Of a DNA stretch of 64,000 nucleotides, positions 26,709-35,977 are shown piece after piece. The position numbers and the translations under genes are program-made. Below the pieces are notes generated by a model. That model was not told the origin of the DNA. It saw only the letters and a program-made list of their open reading frames with translations, and made no database searches. How positions within the stretch are numbered: the stretch's first letter is position 1; every line of letters starts with the position of its first letter. Source of the stretch: Hyalangium minutum (GTDB lineage: Bacteria > Myxococcota > Myxococcia > Myxococcales > Myxococcaceae); NCBI RefSeq assembly GCF_000737315.1, contig NZ_JMCB01000028.1:124001-188000 (forward strand), read 5' to 3'.

Positions 26709-27338
26709 TCATTCGTCTTCCCGCTCCACCTGCACCGGGGAGGTCATCCCATTGACGTCCAGTGTCACGCTGTAGACGGAATTCTGGCCGTCCCCGTCCT
26801 GATCACCCCGGGCGTAACAGGTCACCTCGGGCTCCCCGACCGGGTCCTCCTTGACCACCACCTGGTACTGGAAGCGGACCGCCGTGCCCGGTGCGAAGCC
26901 GAGCTTCTGGAAGGCCTCATCCGCTGGGAACGGAACGGGTTGGCCCCCCTTGGGCACTTCCTTGGGCGTGGGGCCCGCTGACAGGAACTGGCCGCTCTCG
27001 CTGCGGTACATCTGCACGGCGTCACACAACGCGATGACGTTGACGCGCGCCTCCGTGCCCAGGTCGCTGCCCGCCTTGGCCTCCGTGCGGAACGCGTTGT
27101 CCGCGCTCTTCTCCAGCTCCTGCATCCGCTTCAGGTAGAGGAGCACGCCCCCGCCGCCCACCAGGAGGCACGGCAGCATCAGCGCGCCCAGGATGAGCGC
27201 CCACCTCCGGCCCCAGCCCCGGCGCGCGGGCGTCGGCACCACCAGCGGCGCGCCGCACGAGCAGGGGAAAGCCTCGCCGGGCTTGCGTCCGGAAATCTCG
27301 TGGGTGGCGCCACAGCGTGGACAGACGAGAGACTGCAC
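26709..27338 (-). CDS. Zn-ribbon + TM + type IV pilin-like globular domain protein
   Basis: CPRC..CSC; TM; EARVNVIALCDAVQMYRSESGQF; LGFAP..FQYQV..CYARGDQDGDGQNSVY. Confidence 0.55.
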   Translation of the reverse strand: MQSLVCPRCGATHEISGRKPGEAFPCSCGAPLVVPTPARRGWGRRWALILGALMLPCLLVGGGGVLLYLKRMQELEKSADNAFRTEAKAGSDLGTEARVNVIALCDAVQMYRSESGQFLSAGPTPKEVPKGGQPVPFPADEAFQKLGFAPGTAVRFQYQVVVKEDPVGEPEVTCYARGDQDGDGQNSVYSVTLDVNGMTSPVQVEREDE

Positions 27339-27353
27339 GGCCCCCTCCCCTCC

Positions 27354-28265
27354 CTAACCGCCGCTGGCCCAGTCGCGCGGGTTGCGGAGCACCTCGATGA
27401 GCTTCGCCTCGTGGGTGTTGGGCTGCGGGTGGTACTCGTAGCGCCAGCGGACCTGCGGCGGCATCGACATGAGGATGGACTCGGTGCGCCCCTTCGTCTC
27501 CAGCCCGAAGAGGGTGCCCCGGTCGTAGACGAGGTTGAACTCCACGTAGCGCCCGCGCCGCACCTCCTGCCAGAAGCGGTTCGCCTCCGTGTAGGGCGTG
27601 TCCTTGCGCTTCTCCGCGATGGGCAGGTACGCCGGCAGGAAGGCCCGGCCCGCGTCCTTCACGAACTCGAACTCCTTCTCCAGATCGCCGCCCAGGTCCT
27701 CGAAGAACAGGCCCCCCACGCCGCGCGTCTCCTCGCGGTGGCGCAGGTAGAAGTACTTGTCACAGGTGGCCTTGAAGCGCGGGTAGTAGGACGGCTCGTG
27801 CCGGTCGCACGCGGCCTTCAGCGTGCGGTGGAAGTGCACCGCGTCCTCCTCGAAGAGGTAGTAGGGCGTCAGGTCCGCGCCGCCCCCGAACCACGCCTTC
27901 GGGCCCTGGTGGATGAAGCGGTAGTTCGCGTGCACCGTGGGCACATACGGGTTGCGCGGGTGCAGCACCAGCGACAGCCCTCCGGCCCAGAACTCGCGGC
28001 CCTCCCCCTGCAGCCGCTTGGCGAAGGCTTCCTCCAGCTCGCCGAACACCACCGAGGTGTTCACGCCTGCCTTCTCCAGCACCGCGCCCTCCTCGAGCAC
28101 GCGCGTGCGCCCGCCGCCACCGCCCGGCCGCTCCCACCGGTCCTCGTGGAAGCGCGCCTTCCCGTCCAGCCGCTCCAGCGCGGAGCAGATCTCGTCCTGG
28201 AGCTGCTGGATGAAGTCCGCCATCTGCCGCTTCAGGCCCTCCACCTTCTGCGCATCCACCGTCAT
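27354..28265 (-). CDS. hemF: Oxygen-dependent coproporphyrinogen III oxidase
   Basis: LEKAGVNTS, SLVLHPRNPYVPTVHANYR, WFGGGADLTP, ETRGVGGLFF, RRGRYVEFNLVYDRGTLFGL. Confidence 0.97.
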   Translation of the reverse strand: MTVDAQKVEGLKRQMADFIQQLQDEICSALERLDGKARFHEDRWERPGGGGGRTRVLEEGAVLEKAGVNTSVVFGELEEAFAKRLQGEGREFWAGGLSLVLHPRNPYVPTVHANYRFIHQGPKAWFGGGADLTPYYLFEEDAVHFHRTLKAACDRHEPSYYPRFKATCDKYFYLRHREETRGVGGLFFEDLGGDLEKEFEFVKDAGRAFLPAYLPIAEKRKDTPYTEANRFWQEVRRGRYVEFNLVYDRGTLFGLETKGRTESILMSMPPQVRWRYEYHPQPNTHEAKLIEVLRNPRDWASGG

Positions 28266-29020
28266 TCTGATTTCTCCGCGGGCGCCGTGGGCGCCTCGAA
28301 ATCCATGGGAGGCACCGGGGGCGCGAGGTTGCCCGCGGAGTCGAACACCTCCACCCGCGCGCGGTAGCTCTTGCCGTCCTCGAAGCCGAAGGCGCCACTG
28401 CAGGGCTCGTGGCCCAGCAGCGCCGAGCCATTCACCACGGGAATCACATAGTGCTGCGAGCTCGCACCGGCCTGTTTGCGCGTCAGCGTCACCACCAGGT
28501 AGGAGGGGCTCTCCTCGCGCATGGACATGGTCAGCCGCACGTAGCGGGTGATGCCCTCCGCGCTGCGCCGGGCCAGGCCCTCGGAGACGGCGGGGCGCTT
28601 GATCCACGTCGGCGCGACCTTGTCGGGCCCCTTGCCGGCGAGCCACTCGGGCAGCGACGTGCCCGTGCCGTTGAGCAGCTTCACCGTGCCGGGCAGCGCG
28701 TCATCCAGGCGCAGCGTATAGGTCTTGTCCGGCAGCAGCTTCCCGTCCGGCTTGAGCACGACGGTGACGCGGCCCAGCTCGCTGGTCCACCCGCGCTGGG
28801 CCTTCACGCGGACCTCGTGCCCCTCGGTCTGCAGGCGCATCGTCTTTCCCGGCAGGTCCGCCACGAGGGCGCGCGCAGTGCCGATGCCCTCCAGCAGGAG
28901 GCGGGTGTTGGTGGGAACCGTGGCGCCGGGACGGGGAAACACCTGCACCCCGTCCCCGAGACAGCGGGCCGAGGCCTCGCGCGCCAGCAACAACATGAAG
29001 AAGAACAAGAGTCGGTACAA
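28262..29020 (-). CDS. Exported beta-rich hypothetical protein
   Basis: Signal-like LYRLLFFFMLLLAREASA (TTG start inferred); 4-bp overlap with hemF. Confidence 0.6.
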   Translation of the reverse strand: MYRLLFFFMLLLAREASARCLGDGVQVFPRPGATVPTNTRLLLEGIGTARALVADLPGKTMRLQTEGHEVRVKAQRGWTSELGRVTVVLKPDGKLLPDKTYTLRLDDALPGTVKLLNGTGTSLPEWLAGKGPDKVAPTWIKRPAVSEGLARRSAEGITRYVRLTMSMREESPSYLVVTLTRKQAGASSQHYVIPVVNGSALLGHEPCSGAFGFEDGKSYRARVEVFDSAGNLAPPVPPMDFEAPTAPAEKSE

Positions 29021-29229
29021 AGCACCCCGAGTCTGCGCCGGGCGGCGTCTCGTGGCCAGCACTACGAGCACTCTTCCCCCTCGCCTCAAGGCTGGGACGC
29101 CGGGCGGATGACACATGGCCGTCTCACGCCCGCACTTTCTCAGCCGATATGCCCGGTGCCCCCTAGACGTTCTCTGGGAGTGAACAGGGGACCGCGGCGC
29201 TGACCGCTGGAGAGGAGCGAGGTGGAGCC

Positions 29230-29790
29230 ATGAGATGTGGGCTCGTGTTGAGCGTGAGCGCCCTGCTCGTCCTGGGCGCAGGTTGTGCCACGACCGGGAA
29301 TGAGCGCCGCACCCTGCTGGAGCGCGCCAGCGCGGAGATCGCCTACGAGCAGCCCTCCCGGATCGTCATGGATGCGGCGAAGGGCGTGCTGCGCGACCAC
29401 GGCTACGTGCTCGCCCCGAGCCGGGGCAAAAACGCCCTGCGCACTCAGTGGAAGATCGACGGGGACCTGGAGACCACCGCCCGCTGGTCCAAGGTGCTCA
29501 TCGTGGGCCAGTACCGCTCGGACGGCCGCTTCATCGTGCGCGCCGAGCAGGTGGTGTGGGCCACGGGCGGACGGACGGCCGCGCACCCGAGCATCGCCAA
29601 CGGGGATGCGGGCAAGCGCGGCAGTGACAGCGCCACCAACTACGTGCCCGGCGAGGCCTACTCTCCCGCCAAGCCCGTGTTCAGCCGCGCCCTGGACCTC
29701 GAATGGGAGATTCTCCAGCGCGTGGAGCCCCGGTTCGCGAACGAGGTGGAGAAGCAGGTGGACATCTACCTGTCCGGCCCGCACTCCTGA
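29230..29790 (+). CDS. Hypothetical lipoprotein
   Basis: Lipobox LGAGC; GGAG RBS. Confidence 0.7.
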   Translation: MRCGLVLSVSALLVLGAGCATTGNERRTLLERASAEIAYEQPSRIVMDAAKGVLRDHGYVLAPSRGKNALRTQWKIDGDLETTARWSKVLIVGQYRSDGRFIVRAEQVVWATGGRTAAHPSIANGDAGKRGSDSATNYVPGEAYSPAKPVFSRALDLEWEILQRVEPRFANEVEKQVDIYLSGPHS

Positions 29791-29797
29791 GCCGGGC

Positions 29798-30340
29798 TCA
29801 CCAGCTCATCTCCAGCTCGAAGGCCTTGGGCTCGCGCTTCGTCACCGTCACCACGGGCTGGACGCCCGTCTTGCGCAGGCCCACCTCGAACAACCCCGCC
29901 ATGAAGTCCGGCTTCGCGTCCGGATCATTCCAGTAGTGGACGCGGAAGTGCCGCTCGCCCAGCGGCTCCACCCGCACCTGGTACTCGTACGAGTCCAGCT
30001 TGTTCAGGCTGGGGATGCGCTGGACGAAGCGCTCCGGCCCCAACAGCGGCAGGCTCACGTCCACCACCCGTCCTACCAAGGTCCTCGCGAAGCCGTACGC
30101 CATCTGCCGCCCCAGCTCGCGGTAGGCCGACTCACGGTCGAGGTGGGCAAAGCACTGCTTCCATGCCACCTCGAGGGCTTCGTTCCAGACCTCGATGGGG
30201 TAGCCCGGCTGAATGCGCCGCACGTCCACCCCCACCGCCCTCAGCGCATCCGCGAAGGCACCTTCCGCTCCGAGCGCGCGAACGAACAGCCCCTCGAAGA
30301 AGGAGCCCTGCGTGACGCGGCCGGACACAGGAGCGGACAT
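29798..30340 (-). CDS. DUF2378 (TIGR02265-like) myxobacterial protein
   Basis: GSFFEGLFVRAL, GVDVRRIQPGYP, AYRELGR..GFARTLVG. Confidence 0.8.
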   Translation of the reverse strand: MSAPVSGRVTQGSFFEGLFVRALGAEGAFADALRAVGVDVRRIQPGYPIEVWNEALEVAWKQCFAHLDRESAYRELGRQMAYGFARTLVGRVVDVSLPLLGPERFVQRIPSLNKLDSYEYQVRVEPLGERHFRVHYWNDPDAKPDFMAGLFEVGLRKTGVQPVVTVTKREPKAFELEMSW

Positions 30341-30348
30341 GGCGGGCC

Positions 30349-30636
30349 TCAGTGCTTGCGCTCTTCCTCGCGGAGCTGGATGGTGCCGAACTGGGCCTCG
30401 TAGCGCGCGAGGTTCTCCTGCAGGGCGAGCATCAGCCGCTTCAGGTGCTGCGGACTGGTGATGACGCGGGAGAAGACCTTGGCCCGCGGCTGCTGTGGGT
30501 AGACGTAGATGAAGTCCAGGGTGAACTCGGTCTGGGTGTGGTCCACCATCGCCATGTTGGCGTAGCGGCCCTGGGCCACCTCTTCATCGAGTTGAATCTG
30601 GAGCGACGGGGCAGCAGGCTTGGGAGTGTCTGGCAT
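30349..30636 (-). CDS. DUF3467 domain protein
   Basis: LDEEVAQGRYANMAMVDHTQTEFTLDF, RVITSPQHLKRL..YEAQFG. Confidence 0.85.
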   Translation of the reverse strand: MPDTPKPAAPSLQIQLDEEVAQGRYANMAMVDHTQTEFTLDFIYVYPQQPRAKVFSRVITSPQHLKRLMLALQENLARYEAQFGTIQLREEERKH

Positions 30637-30684
30637 CGTGCAGTGGGAATAACGCTTTGGGGTTATCGTGACTAGCGTTCCTGT

Positions 30685-31521
30685 GTGAACGCGCTCGGCC
30701 GCTGGATGGACACCTGGAAGACCGCACCTTTCGAGCTGGGACACGGCGAGGACGCCTGTCTGTTGTTACATGGTTTCACGGGAAGTCCGTGGGAGATGCG
30801 GCCGCTCGGGGAGGCGCTCGCGGCGCGGGGGCTGTATGTGACGGCGCCTCGGCTGCCCGGCCATGGCACGACGCCGGAGGCCATGCTGGAGGCGGATCAT
30901 CGCCGCTGGGAGGCCGCGGCGCTGGAGGCCTTGGACGCGCTGCGCGGCTTCCGCCGGGTGTTCGTGGCGGGCCTGTCCATGGGTGCCCTGCTGGGGCTGC
31001 GGATGTCGGCCCTGCGCCCCGAGGTGGTGAAGGGGCTGGTGCTGATTGCCCCCGCCGCACGCTTCAAGGGGCCGAAGATGGCGCTCCTCAAGAGCCTGCG
31101 GAACACCGGGCTGCTGGAGCGGATTGTCCCGTGGGTGCGCAAGTCGGCCACGGACCTGAGTGATCCGGTGGCGCTGGCCGAGGCGCCCATCCTCCCGGCC
31201 TTCCCCATCGCCCGGCTGAAGGACTTGTGGGCCCTTCAGGAGACGTCCCTGCGGGATGCGCACCTCGTGCGCTGCCCCACCCTGGTGGTGGTGGCCGAGC
31301 AGGACCACGTGGTGGATCCAGCCGGCGGACAGTGGCTGGCCTCGCAGCTCACCGGTGCCCCGGAGGTCCGGATGCTGTCGCTCCAGGAGGGCTACCACAT
31401 CATCCCTCGGGACAAGGGCGGGCCCCGGATGGCCGCGGCGGCTGGTGACTTCCTGGATGGGCTGCGGCAGCCGTGGGGCGACGAAGAGGAACGTGGCTCG
31501 GCTTCGGGCATCCTTATATGA
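30685..31521 (+). CDS. Alpha/beta-hydrolase (carboxylesterase/monoacylglycerol lipase-like)
   Basis: LLLHGFTGSP, AGLSMG nucleophile, EQDHVV, GYHII. Confidence 0.9.
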   Translation: MNALGRWMDTWKTAPFELGHGEDACLLLHGFTGSPWEMRPLGEALAARGLYVTAPRLPGHGTTPEAMLEADHRRWEAAALEALDALRGFRRVFVAGLSMGALLGLRMSALRPEVVKGLVLIAPAARFKGPKMALLKSLRNTGLLERIVPWVRKSATDLSDPVALAEAPILPAFPIARLKDLWALQETSLRDAHLVRCPTLVVVAEQDHVVDPAGGQWLASQLTGAPEVRMLSLQEGYHIIPRDKGGPRMAAAAGDFLDGLRQPWGDEEERGSASGILI

Positions 31522-31543
31522 GTGAGCCAGCTCCTGGCTCCGA

Positions 31544-32248
31544 ATGACCTCTCCTGCCTCCGCTCCGCTCGTCGAGCTGCATGACGTCTCCAAGACCTAC
31601 GCCGAAGGCGAGGCCCTCCGCGAGGTGCTCACGGGCGCGAGCCTGTCCCTGCACCGGGGCGAGTTCGTGGTGCTGCTCGGCCGCAGTGGCTCGGGCAAGT
31701 CCACCCTGCTCAACCTCATCAGCGGGATTGATCTGCCGACGCGCGGCACGGTGACGGTGGAGGGCCGGGAGCTGAGCCGCCTGAGCGAGCGTGAGCGCAC
31801 CTTGCTGCGCCGCGAGCGCATCGGCTTCGTGTTCCAGGCCTTCAACCTGCTGCCCACGCTGACGGTGGAGGAGAACGTGCGGCTGCCGCTGGAGCTGACG
31901 GGGCGCACCGGCACGGCGGCGGACGAGCGGGTGCGGGAGTTGCTCGGGCAGGTGGGGCTCGGCGGGCGGGAGCGCAGCTTCCCGGACCGGCTCTCCGGCG
32001 GCGAGCAGCAACGCGTGGCGGTGGCGAGGGCCCTGGCTCATGCCCCACCCCTGCTGTTGGCGGACGAGCCCACGGGCAACCTGGATGAGCAGACGGGCCG
32101 GCAGGTGCTGGATCTGCTGGTGGGGGGCATCCGCCGGGACAACGCCTGCGCGTTCGTAGTGACGCATGACCCGGACCTGGCTGCGCTCGCGGACCGCATC
32201 TTCGTGATGGAGGCGGGCCGGCTCCATGAGCGGCGGGTGAAGCCGTGA
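31544..32248 (+). CDS. ABC transporter ATP-binding protein (LolD/MacB-type)
   Basis: GRSGSGKST, LSGGEQQRVAVARAL, LLLADEPTGNLD, VVTHD. Confidence 0.95.
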   Translation: MTSPASAPLVELHDVSKTYAEGEALREVLTGASLSLHRGEFVVLLGRSGSGKSTLLNLISGIDLPTRGTVTVEGRELSRLSERERTLLRRERIGFVFQAFNLLPTLTVEENVRLPLELTGRTGTAADERVRELLGQVGLGGRERSFPDRLSGGEQQRVAVARALAHAPPLLLADEPTGNLDEQTGRQVLDLLVGGIRRDNACAFVVTHDPDLAALADRIFVMEAGRLHERRVKP

Positions 32249-34782
32249 GCCACCGCCTGCTGACCCTCGCGAGCGCCCGCCACCTGGGAAAGCACCCGTG
32301 GCTCACCGCGCTGTCGTTGCTGGGCATCGCGCTGGGCGTGGCGGTGGTGGTGTCCATCGATCTGGCGAGCAGCAGCGCCCTGCGCGCTTTCGAGCAGTCC
32401 ACGGAGACGGTGTCGGGCCGCGCCACGCACCAGCTCGTGGGGGGCGCCACGGGCCTGCCGGACTCGCTGTACCGCGAGCTGCGGATGCGCCCGGGAGCTC
32501 CGTTGGCGGCTCCCGTGGTGGAGGGCTCCGTGCGGGCGCTGCGGGGTGATCGGCGGCCTCTCACCGTGCTCGGAGTGGATCCGTTCGCGGAGGCTCCGTT
32601 CAGGCCCTACGTGCGTGGAGGCGGCTCGGGGACGATGGATGCGCTCCTCACCGAGCCGGGGACGGTGATTCTCCCGGCCGCCACGGCGCGCCTGCTCGGC
32701 GTGGGCGTGGGGGACTCCTTCGAGGTGGGCGTGGGGGGACTGACTCGCTCTCTCAAGGTGGTGCTGCTCCTCACGCCTCCGGATGAACGCACCGCCCGTG
32801 CGATGGAGGGACTGGTGCTCACGGATGTGTCCACCGCCCAGGAACTGCTCGGACGCACGGGACGGCTCTCGCGCATCGACCTGCGGCTCGACAGCGAGGC
32901 GGAGCTGGCGCCGCTCCAGGCGTGGCTGCCTCCCGGCGTGGAGGTGGTGCGTCCCTCGGCTCGGGGCTCGACCGTGGATCAGATGACCCGCGCCTTCCGC
33001 ACCAACCTCACTGCCCTGTCGCTGCTGGCGCTCGTGGTGGGCATGTTCCTCATCTACAACACCATGACGTTCTCCGTGGTGCAGCGGCGCGGGTTGCTCG
33101 GGCGGCTGCGGGCGCTCGGCGTCACCCGGGGCGAGCTGTTCACCGTGGTGCTCGGCGAGGCCGCGCTGCTCGGCGCGGTGGGCACGGCGGCGGGGCTGCT
33201 GCTCGGCATCATGCTGGGGCGAGGCCTCGTGGGCCTCGTCACGCAGACGATCAATGATCTCTACTTCGTCGTGAGCGTGCGGCGGCTGTCGCTGGAGCCC
33301 TGGACGCTCGTCAAAGGCCTGGGGCTGGGGCTGGGGGCCACGGTCGTCGCCGCGCTGATGCCGGCCTGGGAGGCCGCGCGCTCGACCCCCGTCACCACGA
33401 TGCGCCGCTCCACCGTGGAAGATGTGGCCCGGAGCCGTGCGCCCCGGCTGGCGCTCCTGGGGTTGGGACTGCTCGGGCTCGGAGGAGGACTGCTGGCGCT
33501 GCCCACGCATGCCCTGCCTCCAGCGTATGCGGGGCTCTTCGCGGTGCTGCTCGGCACGGCGCTGCTGGTGCCCTGGACCACGGAGCGGCTGGCGCTGGCG
33601 TCCGCAGGCCCGCTCGGAGCGGGGTTCGGGATGCTCGGGCGCATGGCCGCGCGAGGCGTGAGGGCGAGCCTCAGCCGGACCGCCGTGGCCCTGGCCGCTC
33701 TCATGATTGCCGTGGCCACCACCGTGGGCGTGGGCCTCATGGTCGCGAGCTTCCGAGGCACCGTCGTCTCCTGGCTGGAGTCCTCGCTCCAGGCGGATGT
33801 CTTCATCTCTCCGCCCTCGCTCATCGCCCGGCGCGGTTATTCCGCATTCGTGCCCGGCCTCGTGGAGCACCTGCGCGCCACGCCCGGTGTCGCCGCGAGC
33901 TCCACCATCCGCGTGGTGCAGCTGACCGTGGATGGCTTGCCGACGGATGTGCTCGCGGTGGAGTTTGCTCAGGGCCCCGAGCGCCCCTATCGCTTCAAGG
34001 ACGGAGACCCCACCGCCATTTGGCGTGAGCTGGAGGCCCCCGGCACCCTGCTCGTCTCCGAGCCCTTCAGCTACCACCGGAACGTCCACCGGGGAGACAC
34101 GGTGCGGCTGCCCACGGACAAGGGGCCTCGGGACTTCCGCGTCGCGGGCGTGTACTTCGACTATGGGTCGGACACCGGCACGGTGCTCATGCCCCGCGCT
34201 ACATATAATGAGTATTTCGATGACCGGGAGGTGAGCGGGCTGGCGCTCTACGCCGCGCCGGGCCAGGACGTCGATGCGCTCGTGGCACGGGTGCTGGAGC
34301 GGACAGGAGATCGGCAGACGCTGAACGTCCGCCCCAACCGCGCGCTGCGCGAGGGCTCGCTGGAGGTGTTCGACCGCACCTTCACCATCACCCACGTCCT
34401 CCGGCTCCTGGCCATCGGTGTGGCATTCATCGGCGTGCTCAGCGCGCTCATGGCGCTGCAGCTGGAGCGGGCGCGGGAGTTCGCCGTGCTCCGAGCCATG
34501 GGACTGACTCCGGGCCAGCTCTGGGGGCTCGTCTCGCTCCAGACGGGACTTCTGGGGCTGCTGGCGGGCCTCTTCGCCCTGCCACTGGGCGTGGGGCTCG
34601 CAGCCATCCTCGTCTACGTCATCAACCAGCGCTCATTCGGGTGGACGCTGCAGCTCGCGGTGACGCCCTCGATTCTGGGGCAGGCGCTGCTCCTGGCACT
34701 GGTGGCCGCCGCGCTCGCCGGGCTGTATCCCGCCTGGCGAATGGCTCGGGCCAACCCGGCGCTGGCGCTACGGGAGGAGTGA
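32245..34782 (+). CDS. FtsX/MacB-type ABC permease (duplicated 4-TM units)
   Basis: Two MacB_PCD/FtsX halves: LSLLGIALGVAVVVSID..LRALGVTR and ALAALMIAVA..LRAMGLT. Confidence 0.9.
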   Translation: MSHRLLTLASARHLGKHPWLTALSLLGIALGVAVVVSIDLASSSALRAFEQSTETVSGRATHQLVGGATGLPDSLYRELRMRPGAPLAAPVVEGSVRALRGDRRPLTVLGVDPFAEAPFRPYVRGGGSGTMDALLTEPGTVILPAATARLLGVGVGDSFEVGVGGLTRSLKVVLLLTPPDERTARAMEGLVLTDVSTAQELLGRTGRLSRIDLRLDSEAELAPLQAWLPPGVEVVRPSARGSTVDQMTRAFRTNLTALSLLALVVGMFLIYNTMTFSVVQRRGLLGRLRALGVTRGELFTVVLGEAALLGAVGTAAGLLLGIMLGRGLVGLVTQTINDLYFVVSVRRLSLEPWTLVKGLGLGLGATVVAALMPAWEAARSTPVTTMRRSTVEDVARSRAPRLALLGLGLLGLGGGLLALPTHALPPAYAGLFAVLLGTALLVPWTTERLALASAGPLGAGFGMLGRMAARGVRASLSRTAVALAALMIAVATTVGVGLMVASFRGTVVSWLESSLQADVFISPPSLIARRGYSAFVPGLVEHLRATPGVAASSTIRVVQLTVDGLPTDVLAVEFAQGPERPYRFKDGDPTAIWRELEAPGTLLVSEPFSYHRNVHRGDTVRLPTDKGPRDFRVAGVYFDYGSDTGTVLMPRATYNEYFDDREVSGLALYAAPGQDVDALVARVLERTGDRQTLNVRPNRALREGSLEVFDRTFTITHVLRLLAIGVAFIGVLSALMALQLERAREFAVLRAMGLTPGQLWGLVSLQTGLLGLLAGLFALPLGVGLAAILVYVINQRSFGWTLQLAVTPSILGQALLLALVAAALAGLYPAWRMARANPALALREE

Positions 34783-34786
34783 AGGC

Positions 34787-35977
34787 ATGGGCGGCGGAAA
34801 GGCACTGGCGCTGGGAGTGGCGGGAGTGCTGGTGGCGCTCGCGGCCGGGGCCTGGCTCGTCACGCGCGAGGACACCGCCGCCGAGCCGCAGCGGACACGG
34901 CTCACGGTGGCAGAGGCACTCGGGGGCACCGGAGGAACCGAGGGCTTCGCACGCGCCTCCGGGCCTCGCGCGTTCCACTTCCCCGAGGACCACGGCCCCC
35001 ACCCGGAGTTCCGCACCGAGTGGTGGTACTGGACGGGTCACCTGGAGACGGCGGATGGGCACGCCTTCGGCTACCAGCTCACGCTGTTCCGCAACGCGCT
35101 GGCGCCCCGCGAGGCCCCGCGCGACTCCGAGTGGGGCGCGCGCGAGGTCTACATGGGGCACTTCGCGCTCTCGGACATCGGCGCTGGACGCTTCCACGCC
35201 TTCGAGCGCTTCAGCCGGGCGGCGGTGGGGCTCGCGGGCGCCCAGTCGCAGCCCTTCCAGGTGTGGCTCGAGGACTGGAAGGCCGAGAGTTCCGGGCCCG
35301 GCGTCTTCCCCATGAAGCTGTCGGCGGAGTCCGGCGGTGTGGCGCTGTCACTGGTGCTGGAGGAGGGCAAGCCGCCCGTGCTCCAGGGCGACCGAGGGCT
35401 GAGCCAGAAGACGGCGGGAGAGGGCAACGCCTCCTATTACTACTCGCTCACGCGGATGCCCACGCGCGGCACGGTGACGGTGGATGGGCGCACCCACGAG
35501 GTGACGGGCGACAGCTGGATGGATCGCGAGTGGAGCACGAAGTCCCTCGGCGCCGAGCAGGTGGGCTGGGACTGGTTCGCGTTCCAGCTCTCCGACGGCA
35601 GCGAGTTCATGCATTACCAGCTCCGCCTCAAGGACGGCTCGGCGGACCCGTTCAGCGCGGGCGTGGACATCCCCGCTCAGGGCGAGTCCATCCACCTGTC
35701 CCGCGACGAGGTGCGCATCGAGGTGCTGGACTCGTGGCGCAGCCCGCGCAGTGGCACCCCATACCCGGCGCGCTGGAGGCTCTCCGTGCCTTCGAGGCAG
35801 CTCGTGCTCGAGGTGACGCCCGCCCAGGCAGACCAGGAGCTGCCGGTGACGGTGCAGTACTGGGAAGGCGCCGTGCGCATTCAAGGAACACGCGCGGGAC
35901 AGCCCATCACCGGGCGCGGCTACGTGGAGCTGACAGGGTACGGCGAGGCTAGTGCCCCGGCCCCATCTCCTCGATGA
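34787..35977 (+). CDS. AttH/CrtC-like lipocalin-fold hydratase family protein
   Basis: DHGPHPEFRTEWWYWTG, SYYYSLTRM, SWMDREWS, WDWFAFQL, YWEGAV. Confidence 0.85.
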   Translation: MGGGKALALGVAGVLVALAAGAWLVTREDTAAEPQRTRLTVAEALGGTGGTEGFARASGPRAFHFPEDHGPHPEFRTEWWYWTGHLETADGHAFGYQLTLFRNALAPREAPRDSEWGAREVYMGHFALSDIGAGRFHAFERFSRAAVGLAGAQSQPFQVWLEDWKAESSGPGVFPMKLSAESGGVALSLVLEEGKPPVLQGDRGLSQKTAGEGNASYYYSLTRMPTRGTVTVDGRTHEVTGDSWMDREWSTKSLGAEQVGWDWFAFQLSDGSEFMHYQLRLKDGSADPFSAGVDIPAQGESIHLSRDEVRIEVLDSWRSPRSGTPYPARWRLSVPSRQLVLEVTPAQADQELPVTVQYWEGAVRIQGTRAGQPITGRGYVELTGYGEASAPAPSPR

